From an uncultured Gammaproteobacteria bacterium (lineage in GTDB: Bacteria > Patescibacteriota > Patescibacteriia > UBA9934 > GWF2-40-263): DNA of 64,000 bases. The first letter of the stretch is position 1. Each line of letters begins with the position of its first letter. The stretch lies in contig CAZIDX010000007.1 in assembly GCA_964538435.1 (NCBI GenBank), forward strand, positions 4,399-68,398, given 5' to 3'. The position numbers were made by a program, and so were the translations under genes. This document shows positions 62,589 to 64,000 of the stretch, in pieces. The notes below the pieces were generated by a model. It was not told the DNA's origin and did not search any database. It saw nothing but the letters and a program-made list of their open reading frames with translations.

Positions 62589-64000
62589 TTATGGATTCCA
62601 GATCGCAATGGAAGCGCCTGCGCGATGCATGTCATCGAATGCAAAGAATCCTCCGATGAGGTTGAGTGTTTCGTCGAAAATTCGGACATGAGGTCCTCCG
62701 CTTGTTTGTGGTACAGCAAAAATCTCTGTGGTTCCGTTTCGGTCAATGTCACCAATGGTAATTTGAGTTCCACCAGCAAATGACATTGGAAAGAAGTATT
62801 GTTTTGCTGTTTGGCTTCCAGATTCATTATACACGCTCACAGCTGATCTGTTGCCCTGAGCTGGGCAGACGAGGAGTTCGTTTTGTCCGTCCTGGTCTAG
62901 ATCACCGACAGCAGACAGTGTTCCTCCGCTGAACTGATCACTGGAAACACTGCGAACATACTGCCCATCTCCATCAATGACACGTACACGCCCCTGTCCT
63001 GAGGTCTCTGTGATAACGATTTCAAGCTCTGGATCTTCGTCTAAGTTTCCAGTACTAAGCGCAAGGCTTGTTGATGTGGTTTCAAAAGGATAGAGCTCGT
63101 CTAGCATGTACCCGTGCTGATCAAAGACCCGAACCTCTCCGTTTCCTCCTGTTGCTCGTGTGACAACGATTTCATCTGCTCCATCGCCTGTGAGATCCCC
63201 GAGCGCGATCTTGATACCGGTTCGCTCTCCCTCGTTAAATGCGAAAAATTGAGCATGCACCTGTCCGTCAACTGAAAAAACCCTTACTTGCGGACCACCA
63301 CCAGGACCGGCTCCTGTGACCACCTCTTCGATTCCGTCTCCATTAATATCACCTACAGCCAAATTTACACCTCCGCGGAAGTCTTTGTGATATGCGTAAA
63401 ACTCATCTAAGCGTGTTCCGTGATCGTTGAATCGTCTGACAAGCGGCTCTGTGCCTGGGCCTTGGGCAATCACAAATGATCGAGATGGGTTGTCGCGTGT
63501 GTTTGCTGGGCGCACAGATGCACCGCCAGCGTAGCGAGCAGCCACCTCGAATGCTTTTGCAATATTAAGTCGGCCGGATCCAAGCTGCCTGCGCGCTTCT
63601 AGATCTGTTTCTGCTACTGGATCCACTGAAAGCTGCAAGGAAAGTCGCACTTGGTCTGGTGAGAGGCTTGGGTAAGCTGAGATAAGCAGTGCTGCAGCTC
63701 CAGAGACCATTGGGGCAGCCATGGATGTTCCCTGCCATGGCGATCCGTATGATGTTGCAAGCCAGATAGAAGAATCATCCTGATAGACAGAAGCGAATAC
63801 ATTTGTTCCTGGCGCAGAGAGATCAACGCAGTTTGTTCCGTAGTTTGAAAAAGACGCGCGTGTGTCTGACGAATTTGTTGCCGCTACTCCGATCACAACA
63901 TTGCGACCGATCTCCTCGTCAAAGCAGGCTGGGAAGACTGGGGTGATATCGGTGTTTACTTCTCCGTTCCCGGCTGCTGAGACAATCACCACACCTTGAT
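62589..64000 (-). CDS. subtilisin-like serine protease (S8) with C-terminal FG-GAP repeat domain; N-terminus beyond window end
   Basis: GTSMAAP Ser motif near the window edge; at least four FG-GAP-like repeats (GDINGDGIEEVV, GDLTGDGADEIVV, GDLDQDGQNELLV, GDIDRNGTTEIF). Confidence 0.75.
   Translation of the reverse strand, partial: QGVVIVSAAGNGEVNTDITPVFPACFDEEIGRNVVIGVAATNSSDTRASFSNYGTNCVDLSAPGTNVFASVYQDDSSIWLATSYGSPWQGTSMAAPMVSGAAALLISAYPSLSPDQVRLSLQLSVDPVAETDLEARRQLGSGRLNIAKAFEVAARYAGGASVRPANTRDNPSRSFVIAQGPGTEPLVRRFNDHGTRLDEFYAYHKDFRGGVNLAVGDINGDGIEEVVTGAGPGGGPQVRVFSVDGQVHAQFFAFNEGERTGIKIALGDLTGDGADEIVVTRATGGNGEVRVFDQHGYMLDELYPFETTSTSLALSTGNLDEDPELEIVITETSGQGRVRVIDGDGQYVRSVSSDQFSGGTLSAVGDLDQDGQNELLVCPAQGNRSAVSVYNESGSQTAKQYFFPMSFAGGTQITIGDIDRNGTTEIFAVPQTSGGPHVRIFDETLNLIGGFFAFDDMHRAGASIAIWNP

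Overview
This 64-kb window is a compact, gene-dense bacterial segment. Most genes lie on the minus strand and start/stop overlaps of 4-14 bp are frequent. It contains many hairpin+T-run terminators and several apparently leaderless promoters (TATAAT-like box 8-10 nt before the ATG). Backbone GC is roughly 42-55% by hand counts of sample 60-nt lines. At least six discrete islands stand out at about 57-68% GC: 1-2.6 kb, 10.2-13.1 kb, 26.9-27.4 kb, 35.2-35.9 kb, 38.8-40.0 kb and 49.7-51.6 kb. They encode mostly uncharacterised proteins and are bounded by terminators or repeats. Recognisable backbone genes include class II (B12-dependent) ribonucleotide reductase NrdJ with tandem NrdR boxes in its promoter, a Nudix-CobA (ATP:corrinoid adenosyltransferase) fusion, an HtrA-like protease without PDZ, HflX, HU, L28, CtpA, riboflavin kinase, LOG, Maf, HIT, a VOC protein, and RmlA(long)/RmlB/RmlD-like dTDP-sugar genes. 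A large cell-envelope glycosylation locus (43.9-64 kb) carries a GT-C PMT/ArnT-like transferase, a CDP-alcohol phosphatidyltransferase, an ABC-2 exporter, two GT4 and two GT2 transferases, DUF2304-like small membrane proteins, a UXS-like SDR and two subtilisins, one with FG-GAP repeats. Mobile and repeat content: an IS200/RAYT-like Y1 HuH transposase gene flanked by perfect 31-bp inverted repeats, with a 169-bp MITE-like derivative bearing the same ends 30 kb away. A free-standing GIY-YIG gene sits inside a 58-bp tandem-repeat array. A 30-bp palindromic (14-2-14) repeat family occurs at two loci. Candidate novel modules are an HD (small-alarmone-hydrolase-like)-Fic-P-loop NTPase operon with overlapping reading frames, a 997-aa protein with a LOG/SLOG-like C-terminal domain, a high-GC four-gene membrane-protein island, and tandem high-GC gene cassettes with duplicated promoter/terminator flanks. 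There is also a frameshifted trypsin-like protease gene and a highly structured ~400-bp ORF-less intergenic region. No rRNA, tRNA or CRISPR array was recognised.
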